Assembly (NCBI RefSeq): GCF_036321535.1
Contig: NC_087437.1
Span: forward strand, 34,784,001-34,848,000
Length of the DNA stretch: 64,000 bases
Source of the DNA: Camelus dromedarius
Lineage: Eukaryota
Direction of reading: 5' to 3'
Part shown: piece by piece, positions 12,257-24,824 of the stretch
How positions within the stretch are numbered: the first letter of the stretch is position 1
Layout of the letters: the number at the start of each line of letters is the position of its first letter
Made by a program: the position numbers and the translations under genes
The notes under the pieces: generated by a model
The model's input: only the letters and a program-made list of their open reading frames with translations
Databases searched by the model: none
Told to the model about the DNA's origin: nothing

Positions 12257-13069
12257 TCTTGGAAGGAGATCAGGGAACAGAGAGGTGATGACAAAAGGTA
12301 TGGTTGACATGTATTGAGATGGTACCTCCTGCCGTCCCCCCAGTGCTGCAGTTACCCACGCTTCTGTTTTCTGGCCCCATTTTAAGAGGACAGCTTGTAG
12401 CCCTCTAAAATATATCCACTTTTGATATCATAAGCAGAGAGCATGCTTTTTCCTATAATTAGGTAATTCTCCACAAGGAGAGGAAATTTATACCATCTTC
12501 TTGGCAACAGTAGAAGGAGAGAAACAATATTCTTGGTTTTGCTTAGCCATTATTATTTTCTCTTTCACCATTCTCTTACTTTCAGCATTCGCCCCTACAT
12601 TCCCTAAAGTAAATTAAGAATTTGTTTCTGCAGCCAAATGCAAATAGGAAACACGTGTTTTTGGATTCACAACCAATTAAGTTAAAATTAGGAAAATGGA
12701 GAGGAGAAACATTTAGAAATTATGTAGGGTGAAGAGTTCAGAAAACAAGCTTCCTTGGAAGGAGTTATTTCGTGCTTTTTAGAAGAACACTTGCTGACTG
12801 AGTATATATACATTTCTAGAGAAGAAATGCATTAAGTTTCCTATCCCCTAGAAGGCGGTTTGCCATAATGTTTTACTGCAGCGAAATGGGAGGTTTTATT
12901 GCTATGAAGTTAGTAGCAATTCAGATGATTTTACTCCTAAATATGTGTTCCTGCTACTTTGTATTACTTAGGGAAAAGTATTCTGCAGTTTTTAAATTTT
13001 TTTTAAGCAAGGAATCTTTACTTAAATGCACTTGAATCCTTACTTAAATGCATCTGAAGTTCCTATCAA

Positions 13070-13345
13070 ATACCAGTACAAACAAAATACAAAGTTTTCC
13101 TACAATATCTCTGTCCGCTGCTGAAACCAGCTCTTAATCTGCCAATAACTTAATGTTGACTTAATCAAGTTGATTCTGGACATTTTGAGCAGGAACAAGT
13201 TACCACAAGTCCTACTCCTCTCCAACCCAGATCTTGCAGCTTTATCCCTTTCCTCTATTCTCTTCCAGTGATACACGTTCAACTCCCCAAATACGGTGAT
13301 ACTAGGATTTAGGGGTTTAGTGAAACTTGGTGTATATTTCATAGG
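13070..13345 (-). mobile_element. Ancient RTE-clade LINE fragment (L4/MamRTE1-like), region C-terminal to the RT core
   Basis: ORF 13100-13342 'SFTKPLNPSITVFGELN..KRIEERDKAARSGLER..RINLIKSTLSYWQIKSW..TEI' resembles the RTE pattern SFxYLGSxIT..EIxxRIxxARxAFxxL..KIxLYKSxVxxxLLYGxESW. Alignment by eye only. Confidence 0.5.
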
Positions 13346-14596
13346 ACAGTAGTTCTTTGTTTTACTTTATGGTAATTTTGCAAATGCTTGCTTGCATGTG
13401 GTTCTTAATATAGAGAGCAGCTTGTTATTTTTTTCCCCTACTTTTTTCAGCAGCATTTAAAAAAATACCACTCTCTAAGGTAATGTTCTATCTTGAAGCA
13501 TACCAGTGCATATGTATAATTAAGCACTAAGGAGGACGGTACTATTTTTTTTTTTTTTTGCAAAGATTTTAACTACAGGATCCGAAAATAATCCTTTGGA
13601 TGTGACAGTGCAGGTTACATGATGTCTATTACTTTTGTTCTATTTTTACTTCTATGAAGATTGAGGACCTGTTTTCAAGAGAGGACATCATTTCTCTAAA
13701 TGTTTTCTTCCAAGTTTTGTCATGACAAGGAAACAACTGAATTGTACTATCAATTTCTGGAAACAGTTACCAATTTTTTCTTAATTTGGAAATAGCATTG
13801 GAACAGGTTAGGAGAGGATAGCTGAGCCTGATTTGTACATAATTCTGTTCTTGACCACTATCTTTTCAGAATAATTTTAAGACATTCCCCCTCTTCTTTC
13901 TTAAGATGGTAGAATCCTCTAACAAGACTCTTTTATCTCCAGTTTTCATTCTCTTAACACTAGAATTTTAATGATTTCGGAGTCTGCTTCCATTTTTAAC
14001 TATTCTCTTGAGTGGTTTTTTTTTGTTTTGTTTTATTTTTTTAATATTTATTCTTTCTGTTTTCAGAGTTGATGGAGTTTTCATGCCATGGTGCACATTC
14101 AGTGACCTTACTCTCTTGTAATTTTTGTCTTATCTCCCAAGATGCTTCTCGAAACAGTCAAGTAATGACTATATATTTGATATCATTAATCTTTGAGGAG
14201 AGGGAAGGAGAAATATAATTCATCTCATATATATGGTTGAATAACACTTGCAAATTTGATCTTAATCTTAATTCCCAAGATATATGAATAATGCTTTTAC
14301 TACTAGTTGGTATGATCTGTTTCCTTTACAGTTATTTGTAAGAGTAGGCATCATCTAAAAGGAGAGGAAGGATCTGATTTCTGGATCCTCCTGAACCTTT
14401 CCCAGGCTACCATGTCTGGCCCAGAGTAAGCACTTGACTGAAGTTTGAGTGAACTAATTAATTAATGAATAAAGGAAAATGGAAAGCTTTAAGGAAAAGT
14501 ATGCATATTTTAGTCATGGGCTCAAGGTAGTTACTAAACTGTACTATAAAAAAGATAGAACTTTTGGTTTACTTCATAACTTTAAAATGTTTTTAT

Positions 14597-15710
14597 TAGA
14601 CTTTTTTTTTTTTAGAACAGTTTTATATTTACAGCAAAATTGAGTGGAAAGTACAGAGGTTTCCCATATACCACCCACGCCCAAACATATACATGGCCTC
14701 CCCCATTATCAACATCACCCACCAGAGTGATTGGTATGTGTGTTACAGTTGATGAGTCTACAGTGTGACACATCATCCCTCAGACTCCATAGTTTACATT
14801 AGGGTTCACTCCTCAGTGTTGTCTTTTCTGTGGGTTTGGATAAATGTATAATGATATGCATCCACCGTAGCAGGATCATACAGAGCAGTTTCACTGCCCT
14901 AAAAACCCTCTGCTCTGCCTGTTCATCCTTGCCTCCACCCTAACCCCTGGCAACCACTGATCTTTTTACTATCTTCATAGTTTTGCCTTTTCCAGAATGT
15001 CATGTAGTTGAAATCATATAGTCTATAACTATTTTAGATTGACTTCTTTTACTTAGTAATATGCATTTAAGGTCCTTCCGTGTCTTTTCATGGCTTGATA
15101 ACGCATCTCTTTTTAGTGCTGAATAATTTCCGCTGTCTGGATATACCACAGTTTATTTATTCATTCACCTACTGAAGAATGTCTTGGTTGCTTCCAAGTT
15201 TTGGCAATTATGAATAAAGCTACTATAGATATTCATGTGCAGGTTTTTGTATAGACATAGTTTCCAACTCCTTTTAGTGAAAACAAAGTAGCGTGATTTT
15301 TGGATTGTGTAGTTTCGTAGGAAATTGCCTCACTGTCTTCCAGAGTGGCTGTATGATTTTGCATTCCCATATTGCTCCACATCCTCACCAGCATTTATTT
15401 GGTGTTGTCAGTATCCCAGATTATGGCCATTCTAAGAGGTGTGTAGTGGCCTCTTATTGTTTTAATTTGCATTTCTCTGAGGACATGTGTTGTGGAGCAT
15501 GTTTTCATATACTAATTTGCTGTCTATATATCTTTAGTGAGGTATCTATCAAGGTCTTTAGCCTGTTTATTTTTTTTTTTAAATCAGGTTGTCTGTTTTC
15601 TTATTCTTTAGTGTTAAGAGTTCTTTCTATGTTTTAGGTAAGTCCTTTATCAGATATATCTTTTGCTATTATATTCTCCCAGCCTGTGGCTTGTATTTTC
15701 ATTCCCTTGA
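14597..15710 (-). mobile_element. L1MC1-like 3' end (3'UTR plus end of ORF2)
   Basis: Poly-T then 'tttagaacagttttatatttacagcaaaattgagtggaaagtacagag...tccatagtttacattagggttcactc...ccctggcaaccactgatctttttact', continuing into antisense ORF2 text. Confidence 0.93.
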
Positions 15711-15778
15711 GCTGAATTGATTTTACTTTAATTTTTGAGTACATGGCATAGTCACATTGTATAAAATTTAAAAGATGT

Positions 15779-16195
15779 TGTATTCATTTCTTGGGGTTGC
15801 CATACAAAGGACCACAAACTGTGGGTGGATTTAAACAACAGAAATTTATTCTCTCACAGTTCTGGAGGCCACCAGTCTGAAACCAAGGTACTGTCAGGGC
15901 CCTGGTCTCTCTGAAGGCTCTAGGAAAGCATTCTTCCTTTCCTCTTCTAGCTTCCACTGGTCAAGAGATAGCCTTGGCTTGCAGCTGCATCACCCCAGTC
16001 TCCGCCCTTGTCATCACATTGGGCTCTCCCTGTGCACCCCTCTGTGTCTGCATCCAATTTCCTCTCTTCTTATAAGGACATTAGTCATTGGATTAGGGCC
16101 CACCTCAATCCCCTACGACCTCACATTCATAGATGTGGGGCGTGGTGTTAACGCTCGAACGTATCTCTTTTGGGGGGCACGGTTCTACCCATTCA
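15779..16195 (-). mobile_element. MaLR solo LTR, MLT1C-like, with perfect 5-bp TSD
   Basis: TG...CA ends; GATGT at 15774-15778 and 16196-16200; 'aaacaacagaaatttattctctcacagttctggaggcc'. Confidence 0.93.
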
Positions 16196-16834
16196 GATGT
16201 CCCCAGGTCACCCAGCTGCCCTACTCAGAGGCTAGCAATGTTATTTTAGTTATTTTAAATAGCAGCAATGAGTCTAAAAGTGATAATGGGGGAAAGTCTC
16301 ATTTTCTCCTTTAAGAATCATTTTTTTTTCTCATCTGTTTCATTCATCAAAACTTCCTGGTTTTTAGTCATCAGATTTCTCCCATGTCCTCAGCTAGGTT
16401 CAGGGATGGGGAAGAAAAGATGAAATGTTTAAGTACAAACTAAATATAGTGAACCTGTATTAATCATTGAGTGAAACATATTCTATATTCATGTGAGTCC
16501 CTCATTAAATGTCAGACATTGTGTGTGTAGCACTTAATCACTCACTGGCACAAAGTAGATTGTTGCTAGTTTTAAATCCAATAACATTAAAGCCTATATC
16601 ATTGGTTGTGAGATTTCTTATTTAGATATGTGTTATTAAATGGTTTTGAATTGACTTTGTTGCTAGGTATGTAATATATTGTGAAAATGATGCTATTAAA
16701 ATAAGGTACGACTATCTTGAATCAGGAGGAATTTATGAAGGGTTGTTCTGTTCCATGATACATAACAAAATCCAGTACCTTCTAAAGATATAAAATATAT
16801 GTACAAAAACTGTATACAGTGCTGCATAGTAGCA

Positions 16835-16975
16835 TATTAAATGATCTGCAAAGCCCTGCAGTAAGCAACCAACATGTCTAACTTTGTTTAGTCTACAGTT
16901 TCCCATAAATCTATTTTAAAAAATTGTACCTCTCATTACTATTATTCCCTAGAATACGCTTGGAGAAATGAGGAT
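16835..16975. mobile_element. hAT-Charlie-type MITE fragment
   Basis: 'aaagccctgcagtaag...taactttgtttagtctacagtttccca'; a related stretch appears near 18105-18195. Confidence 0.45.
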
Positions 16976-17144
16976 TTAAAGGCAGAAGGTAGAGTTAAAA
17001 TATTAAGTCAGAAGCCAGGCAGTGAGTTAGGGCAGAAAGGCAGAACTTTTATGCTGCCTATCTCCTATTGGAGGGGACTTATGTTCTTTCTGTTGCCAGA
17101 GGAACCATTGACTTTGCTGTCTAAGAGGTGGTGAGGGGTGAAGG

Positions 17145-17290
17145 ATAGGAGAAAGAGCCTGGGTTTGGGGGTTAGACAGGTCTGGTGTGAAGCCCAGCAC
17201 TGCCATGTACTAGTTATGTGACCTTAGGTGGCTACATTTTTCTTTACCTATATGGGAGGAAAACACAGTTCCTATCCCTGAAGAATTTGC
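17145..17290 (+). mobile_element. MIR SINE fragment
   Basis: 'gaaagagcctgggtttgggggttagacaggtctgg...cccagcactgccatgtactagttatgtgaccttagg'. Confidence 0.75.
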
Positions 17291-17354
17291 CATCTCATTG
17301 GAGGATGAGACTTGAAGACCTATAGTCATATAACAAGAATATGATTATTGATTT

Positions 17355-17454
17355 AAGAGATATACACAGTGGCTGAGAGTTTTTAAAGGAGGTGGAAGCC
17401 AGCCAAGAGATATACACAGTGGTTGGGAGATTTTAAAGGAAGTAGAAGCCAGCC
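17355..17454. repeat. Tandem duplication, 2 x 50 bp
   Basis: 17355-17404 and 17405-17454 match at 45/50 positions. Confidence 0.95.
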
Positions 17455-17459
17455 AATTG

Positions 17460-17640
17460 TGGACAATCTGGAAATGCTTCACAGAAGACCTGGCATTTAG
17501 ATAGGCAGGTCTTCATGGGTTAGTAAGACTGACATTTGGAGACCCAATAGTGAGGAGTGCATTCCAGGCAGAGCAAAAGGCAAGAGCAAAGATATGAAGA
17601 CAGGAAAGGAAGGACATTTAAGGGATAGCAAATGGCCTTA
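17460..17640 (-). mobile_element. L2 fragment
   Basis: 'gcttcacagaaga...gcattccaggcagagcaaaaggcaagagcaaag'. Confidence 0.6.
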
Positions 17641-18407
17641 TTTCTCCAGAGACAGTGGAGATTAAGAAGCCATTCTGCTTTGTGGCCCATGTGCTGTAAG
17701 GGACCCAGTGGTACAGATAGTTGTAGCAGTGCTGGTGTAAACACAGGCAGTATCGGTAGCTTTGAAGTAGACTAATGCATTTAATCATCACTGTGGTACC
17801 ATTATACCAGGTAAATAACCTTGTACTTGAATAAAATTTAGCTTTTGCTGGATGTTCGTAAAAATTTGGCCCCTCTACTAAAGTGTCAGGACACTTAGTA
17901 GAGTGACCAGTAATATAAGACGGCACAGAGTCCCCATACAGTGAACAGGACCAGTTTCATAAATATTTCAGGATTTCTAAATTATCTTCCCAAATTAGTG
18001 TTGAGGGAAAGTGTAAGAGATGAGTATGGCTTTAACACCATTCAGTAAGGTGAAACCCCCTTAACCTCGGAAAATTTACTGGGCTAATGTGCGGCATGAG
18101 TCCTGTGAAGTCCTGATCTAGCCTGTGGCGTTTCCCAAGCTCATGGGACCTCAGAACCCATTTTCTCCTGAGTTTGTATTAACATCTCCCCAAGACGTTC
18201 TCTTCCAGTCATCAGGTTCTTTTTACCTGTGGAGCTTTGTCAAAAGCAGATGATCTACTTACCCTTCTCCTTACTTGTATCCCCTTCCAGTGTATCAGCC
18301 TTTTGGTGGGGTAGGGGCAGGACAGGTACTCAGAGAGCTAGGAACAATGTAGGCTCCCTGGCAATTCTGATAGCTCTTGTTTATGCCTTGAGCCTCTCTC
18401 TCCCTCT

Positions 18408-18410
<3 letters not shown>

Positions 18411-18439
<29 letters not shown>

Positions 18440-18553
18440 CTGTTTTTTGGGGGAGGTAATTAGGTTTATTTATTTTATGGAGGTACTGGGGATTGAACCC
18501 AGGACCTCATGCATGTGATGCATGCACTCTGCCACTGAGCTATACCCTCCCCC
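18411..18553 (-). mobile_element. tRNA-Ala-derived camelid SINE (Vic-1 type)
   Basis: Minus strand reads GGGGAGGGTATAGCTCAGTGGCAGAGTGCATGC...GAGGTCCTGGGTTCAATCCCCAGTACCTCC, then 'taaataaacctaattacctcccc' and a long poly-A; Pol III A and B boxes present. Confidence 0.92.
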
Positions 18554-19307
18554 TCAACATCTCACTTTTTATCCCCACCCCTTCCTTGACCTGGCCTAAG
18601 AGATCATAAATCATTCTGTCAGTTGCATGAACAGTTAAGGCTCACTCTCCTAATCCCTAATTGTTAAACTTTTGTAAGAAAAACCTTAGTAAAAAGTTGT
18701 GAAGAAAAATGTAAATACAAACATGTAAGCAAAGGCAAAGTTGGTTGTAGACCACCTCTAGGAGAGCAGTAGATCATTGGACTAGAGTGTAATACGCCTG
18801 GACTATAATCATGCGAGGAAATATATGTTAGAATTTATAAGCTTATTGATAAGTCTAATTAACTTCACTCTGAATATTTTAAATCTACATTGATATATCT
18901 TTAAACTAAACAATACAGTGTGGAGACAACTTTCTGCTACAGATTGGGGTTTGATGTTTTGAAATCTAAGAAAAGCGAACTCATAATTTGGCTCATGGTT
19001 ATCAAGGATCCGCTCTGCAGCTGCTATTACTTCTCTTGGACTCTTGTTTCTCAGATTGTTAGCACTTTTTAAAGAGATCAGAAAGAAGATAAAATTCGAG
19101 TTTTTACTACATGTCATCATCTCTGGAAGCAGGAGAGATTACGATTAATCACTAGAGTCCTGGAATTTATTTATAATTGGCTAATAGATATCACTTATTT
19201 CAGTAGAAATCATTATTCTTTTGGCTGTATTTCTCATTTTAATCTTAAGTGTTTGATATTTTGACAGGGATTTCCATGATAATTTTTTTCTGTATAGTTT
19301 TCAGGTA

Positions 19308-19365
19308 AAATTATATATATAATATTATATTATTATTATACAGTATATTAATTATATAGATATAA
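19308..19365. repeat. TA-rich low-complexity tract
   Basis: Directly visible. Confidence 0.8.
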
Positions 19366-20429
19366 TGAGTGCCTGTTAAATGTAGTATCAGGTAGCAGAC
19401 CAGTAAAGGCTGTCTTCAGTAATTCTTAGAAGCAAGCCATCTTCACTTCCTCACTGAGTACCTCAAAATATACTGAACTTGCTTTCTTCTCATCATCAAA
19501 ATGCATATACTTCTTGTTGGGAATTATAACATCTCTCCTTTCTTGTGATGGATAAAATTCTTCTCGATATGGAAGGCAGGGAACCAATACAGGTAAATGC
19601 CTAAAGGAATGTGTATAAGTTGCCAAAATTTATACCTCCTGAGATGTTTCTGAAAGCATCATAAATAGCATATAGTGAATGCCTTCCCTCTAGCTGAGCT
19701 ATTGAAATAGCTCCCTCAGCATTTTTGTTAAATAGTATCCCTGGGACATGAACCAAATAGCATTTCCTGTTCAGTCTCATCTGTCATTTTCCTGATTCCA
19801 CAAACTAGTCTCCAGATGTCAAAATATGAAGGTGAAAGGGAATGAAATTGTTTTTACTTACAGAGCTCCCTAAATCAAACCAGTAGACCACGATTACTCT
19901 CTGCTCTCCATGCCCCATTAGATTGGCCCAAAGTAAAGGCTTGACCCTATGAGTTTCTAAGTCATCTTTAACCTTTATTGTAGTTTAAAACAACATACCA
20001 TGCTTGAAGGCCATTTCAGCTGAGTTATGTAATTTGTTTTACAAATTCTGCCAAAGTGAAGTTATGATGGGCCTTAGATAATCATTGTAAGCAAATACTT
20101 CTAGAACCTATACAAATACTACACTGAAACTGTTGCCATTTTAATATCTCCAGCATTGCAAGAAAGATTTAGATTGGTTTCTGTTGCAAGTACTTATGAA
20201 TGTGCCTTCAAGGAGTGGAAGATAGGTGAAAATGCACTTTGAAACATCAAAGTGCTATGTAAGTATTGGGTGTTGTATTGCTTTTGTGGAGTTTGATTTA
20301 TCTGTCCTGTGTGCATTTTAGGTTTCCAGTTGTACAAGTTTTATAATATTCTATTAAGGGAAAATGGCTCATGTAGTCTTCTGGATTTCTTCTCAGCTGA
20401 AAGCTTGAGAATTAATAATTTTAGAGAAG

Positions 20430-20575
20430 GACTCATAAATATTACTCAGTTGAATTGCTTCATTGTTTCAGATCAGAAACAAAGACCTAGAGAGGTGAGG
20501 TACCTTGCCCAAAATCACATAACCAGTTAGTGGTAGAGCTGAGACAGGAATCATCTAATCTCTGGATCCCTGGCT
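20430..20575 (-). mobile_element. MIR SINE fragment
   Basis: 'tttcagatcagaaac...agagaggtgaggtaccttgcccaaaatcacataaccagttagtggtagagctgagac'. Confidence 0.75.
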
Positions 20576-20673
20576 TATTATTTATTCTTCAGTTGAAGAG
20601 ATGTTGAATCTTATTTAGCAACAAGGGGAACAACCACAAAGCATGTTGGCTTTGCTCATTTTGTTAGTATATA

Positions 20674-20722
20674 TTCCTTCCTTCCTTCCTTTTTTCCTTC
20701 CTTCTTTCCTTCCTTCCTTCCT
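20674..20722. repeat. (TTCC)n microsatellite, imperfect
   Basis: Directly visible; explains ORF 20643-20852. Confidence 0.93.
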
Positions 20723-23700
20723 TTCTTTGCATAAAAATATACTCAACAAATCTGCCTTCAAGAGATTTGATTTTCCCATAATCATGCATCATGATCAATT
20801 TAGAAGTGTAGATCTAATGATTTTGAAATTCTGGATTCCTATGATATTTTAATTCACTTCATAAGGACTTGTTAACTTATTGTTATCTGTTTTTATTTCT
20901 TTTTGCTAAACCACATGTCTTCTATTTTTTTCTCCTATGTCTTCTATTTCATTATGCCTTGGGGAAGAAAAACCAATTTTCATAGCGTCTGTCTGGTGTT
21001 ACATTCACATTATTGCTTAAGAACAGGGGTTAGTTAGATGTATCTTGGGACTTTACTGTGTGCAGCCTCGCTTGGAGCTTCGTCCTCACTTTGGTGAGCC
21101 TGGTGGGAAAAGCTCTTAATGCACCATTTTTGAAGATCTGCCTGAGTTCCCGCAGGGCTACTTTTCACCTACTATTTTCATCTGGGTCATCACTGTGCCT
21201 GCTGAACTTCACTGTTCTGTGATAGACAGTAGGAATAATAGTTGTCCATTCTGCATCTTAGAATGTGACACTCATAGCATTTCTGAGAAATGTTTAAAAG
21301 AGTGCTTTGTTTTGTTTGGGGTTCTTGATCCTTTGGGTATATTGTCTCAATAGGGACACCCCCAATATCTGTTAAGGAAGAAGAAAGGAGGTGGGGGAGG
21401 AGGAAGACAGTGGCGACAAGGAAGAGGAGAAAATGTTTTATAAATTGAAAAATGTAGTTTAAAGATAGTATAAAGTGGTCTAATATCGTTAGGAACACAG
21501 CGCGCACACACACCCCTGCCGCCTCAAGTTTTTTTCTTGATACCTTAGGACCAAGCAATTGCTCCATTCTGCTGTTTTTTCTTATCTTTCAACATCTTAC
21601 CCTTCCCTAAAGTCCCCTCTCTAACACTGCTGCTTCTTTAAGTTTCTCTGATTCCTCTTTCCCTTCCCACGTTAGATGGGGTATCATAGTTATTATTATT
21701 ATTTTACTTAGTCCTGAACTAGAATGAAAATTCCTTCAGGGACTGCTCTCATGAAACATCCAGGAGACAGTCTTGCACATTATAGTTGCTCAATAATATT
21801 TGTTAAATTGATTTTGAGGGGAAATACATCTTTAAATATTGTTTCTCAATTCCTCCCTTATAATTTTACTTTGAGTTATTTACCTAGAGTTTAAACAATA
21901 GTGTGGGGAAAAATCTTTAACTTCACATGCCTTTCAGTATATATTCTTTTGTTAACTGGAATTTTAGTGATTGAAAAAGTGATATTTTAGAAGATTATAG
22001 TTTATTTTATAAATCAATTCAGCTGCCCATCTTTTTTATTAAAAGCTTAATTTTTAAATCTTATTTTCCATTCATGTTTTTCTTTTTTCTCTAGTGATCG
22101 TATTTAAGTATTCAAAATTAATAACTGAGTCTTGGGCAAATAATTCCTCAAAAATTATATTTATTTCTTAAAAGGAAGTTTACTTCCATTTACTCATAGC
22201 AAATCAATTCTTAGGATAAAAACATGTTGTCCTAAAGATTGATAACATGTTCAAGATGCTAACCTTCCTATCCCCTTTAAAAAGCAAGTATAGGAGCCAT
22301 TGTGAGCAATGATGCTTCACATTTCATTTTCCACTACCAGAGTGTTTTAAAATGATAAAAATCTTTTCTTTTTCAACATTATGGTCAAAAAGAAAATGTA
22401 TTGGCTGCGAGCCTTGTGTTTCTGATAGCTTTATCTGGAGTTATGATAGAAATTTTGACAGAATCATAACTCAGGTTGACACTAATAGGAATCACTTCAT
22501 TATGGTCTTGCCTAGCCTTATTAGAAGGTCGTTTGGCAATTTTAGATAATCAGATGGCTCTCTGACCAAGTAGAAATGGTGCTTTATTTTTTGTGTTTTA
22601 ACCTTTGGGTCTCACAATAAGTGTAGCTATATGTGTGTCCTTCTTTTGACTATTAACACCTCTTTAGCTGTGATTACTAGTCTTCTCACGGGGGCTGACA
22701 TTTCTAATATTACTGACTTTTGTAGAGATTCATTATCAGATGATGCCTCTGGAGTCTCTGACTAGATGGTCCCTCTTTGCTTTTCCTAGTCTTCTGCTCT
22801 GACCCCGCCATGCGCCTCTAGAGTGGAGGTAGTCTTTAATCCTAATATAGAGAAGTGTGGAATGGGGCAGAAACCAAGAGAGAGCTCAATGCTAGCGTTG
22901 GTTCTGAAAGCTAATGAGCTTTAAAGCTTTGAGCAAATGACTTCTCCTCTCCAGACTTCATTTTCCTGATTTGTTATATGTGGGTTATATCAGGTGATTT
23001 CAGAGATCCCTCTGACTCCTAAGATTCTGTAATTCATCAAAATTCATCTGCCAGAATGGCACTGTGATAATTAGATAGACTGACAGCTGAGTACAGAGAA
23101 ATGGCAGAGCTAAACGCTCCAGTCTACACTACCTCTAGTGAACGTTCATGTTTGCATATTTTAATAACAATATTCTCAGCATCCCACCTCCACGCAGTCA
23201 CTCACTTAGCAGGAACCCTTCTCCCCCGTAGCATTTTACAACTATATAATTTAATGAAATCCATTCATGCCAGCAAAGTAGAGTAACAGTGATATTTTAA
23301 TATACCTTTAATTTATTTCTAGGATTCAAGAAACCAATTGAAAGATTTTTAGCTTTGACTTTTAAGGAAGAAAAAATCATCTGTCTTTACTTAATGGAGG
23401 GAAAAAGATCTCCAGTAAAGGATAATGCCTCAGAATTGTCATTCCCTCACACTGGCTCCTCTTCTGACATGCAGGACCTCGTGTGTTCTTAAGCATAAAA
23501 TGGAAGGTGACACATTAAATGAAGGGTCATTCTGAAAAACAAAGTGTGGGCAAAATCGCTTTACTCTCAGGGATTGTGGTGAAGTGAAAACCAAAATAAT
23601 AGCTTATTCATGGCTAATATTTGGAGATATTTCTTAAGTCTGGAAAGGTCAGAGGGAATCCAGCAAATGTCAACACTGTTTGTCAGGTGGGAAGACTCAC

Positions 23701-24047
23701 AACGTCTCCTGAGGAATTTAATTTATATTAATGAGGAGAGAGACTGGCCTGGGGCTCTCTCGGAGATTGCTCTGGTGCCAATTTTAATGATCTAACTTCA
23801 TGAAAAGGATTCCTAACAAATTATTCAGCAACACAACTCCTATGAGATTGCTTTTTAATCCCGAGGCCTCCGTTACTCTGACCCCCGCTGAACCACAGTC
23901 ACGAATTGGGGATTTGCCTCACTAAATTGATAGCTTGCTGTCATTTCTGGTCCTTGTTGGGTTATCAGAGGACCAAGCCAACCCAAGTAAGATTCCAACA
24001 GTAAAGTTCTCACTCAATTCAGCCGAGAAGGGAGGCAACGTGGGGCT

Positions 24048-24265
24048 GACAATAAGAGCTGTATTTATGCACACTTACTATGTTCCAGACTCCTTACTAA
24101 GCATCTTATATTCCTGATTTCTGATCTTTACAACAACTTCACAGAATTACAGATGTGGAGAAGAAGACTCAGAGATGTTAAGTAACTTGCTCAAGATCAC
24201 ACCGTCATCTGGCAGAACCAAGGTGTGATAGGTCTGCTGGGCTCCAGTAGCCATGCTTTCCCACT
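24048..24265 (-). mobile_element. MIR SINE
   Basis: 'atttatgcacacttactatgttccagac...ttacagatgtggag...gactcagagatgttaagtaacttgctcaagatcacac'. Confidence 0.85.
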
Positions 24266-24399
24266 GTTTACCCATCTCTTAGGTTTTTCCTTTATTCGTC
24301 TAACTTCTCAGTGTTTCCAGTAGCTTCCCTTTGTCTAGCATGGGCTGTGTTTCAGATGTTGTGCTTGGTGTTTTATTCTGTAAACCTACTAAAAAGATG

Positions 24400-24535
24400 A
24401 TACTTGTTCCACATATAAATGAGAAAAGGGGCTAGAGGGTTAAGCAGCTTGCCCCAAGTCATGCAGCAAGGAAACAGCAGGGCTAGGATTCTGACCTGGG
24501 TCTGTCTGACCTTCCAGACCCATGGTCTTACCATC
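24400..24535 (-). mobile_element. MIR SINE fragment
   Basis: 'agagggttaagcagcttgccccaagtcatgcagcaag...gggctaggattctgacctgggtctgtctgac'. Confidence 0.75.
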
Positions 24536-24824
24536 AGAGAGCAGTGACCCCCACAGTGCGGGGCCCTGAGTTGGTAGAAAGATGATGAGAACGTGGTCCC
24601 TGTGCTCTGGTCGCAGGAAGTCCACTGTGTTGAGACATGATTTCAAGTGTCTATAAAGCCAAGCAGGATGATGCAAATGTGTAAAAAGGCTATGGGGAAG
24701 TAGAGAGTTAGGAAAATTAATGTCAAATAGAAGGTCCAGAGTCATTTTGCCAAGATAGAGGTATTTAATGAATTGGATTTTAAAATACAAAAACTGAAAA
24801 GAGACACATTACAGACCAACGAAG

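Noticed and set aside
13578..13612. Small exon after 'ttttaactacag' (GSENNPLDVTVQ frame)
   Set aside because: The donor (gttaca) is poor and I do not recognise the peptide.
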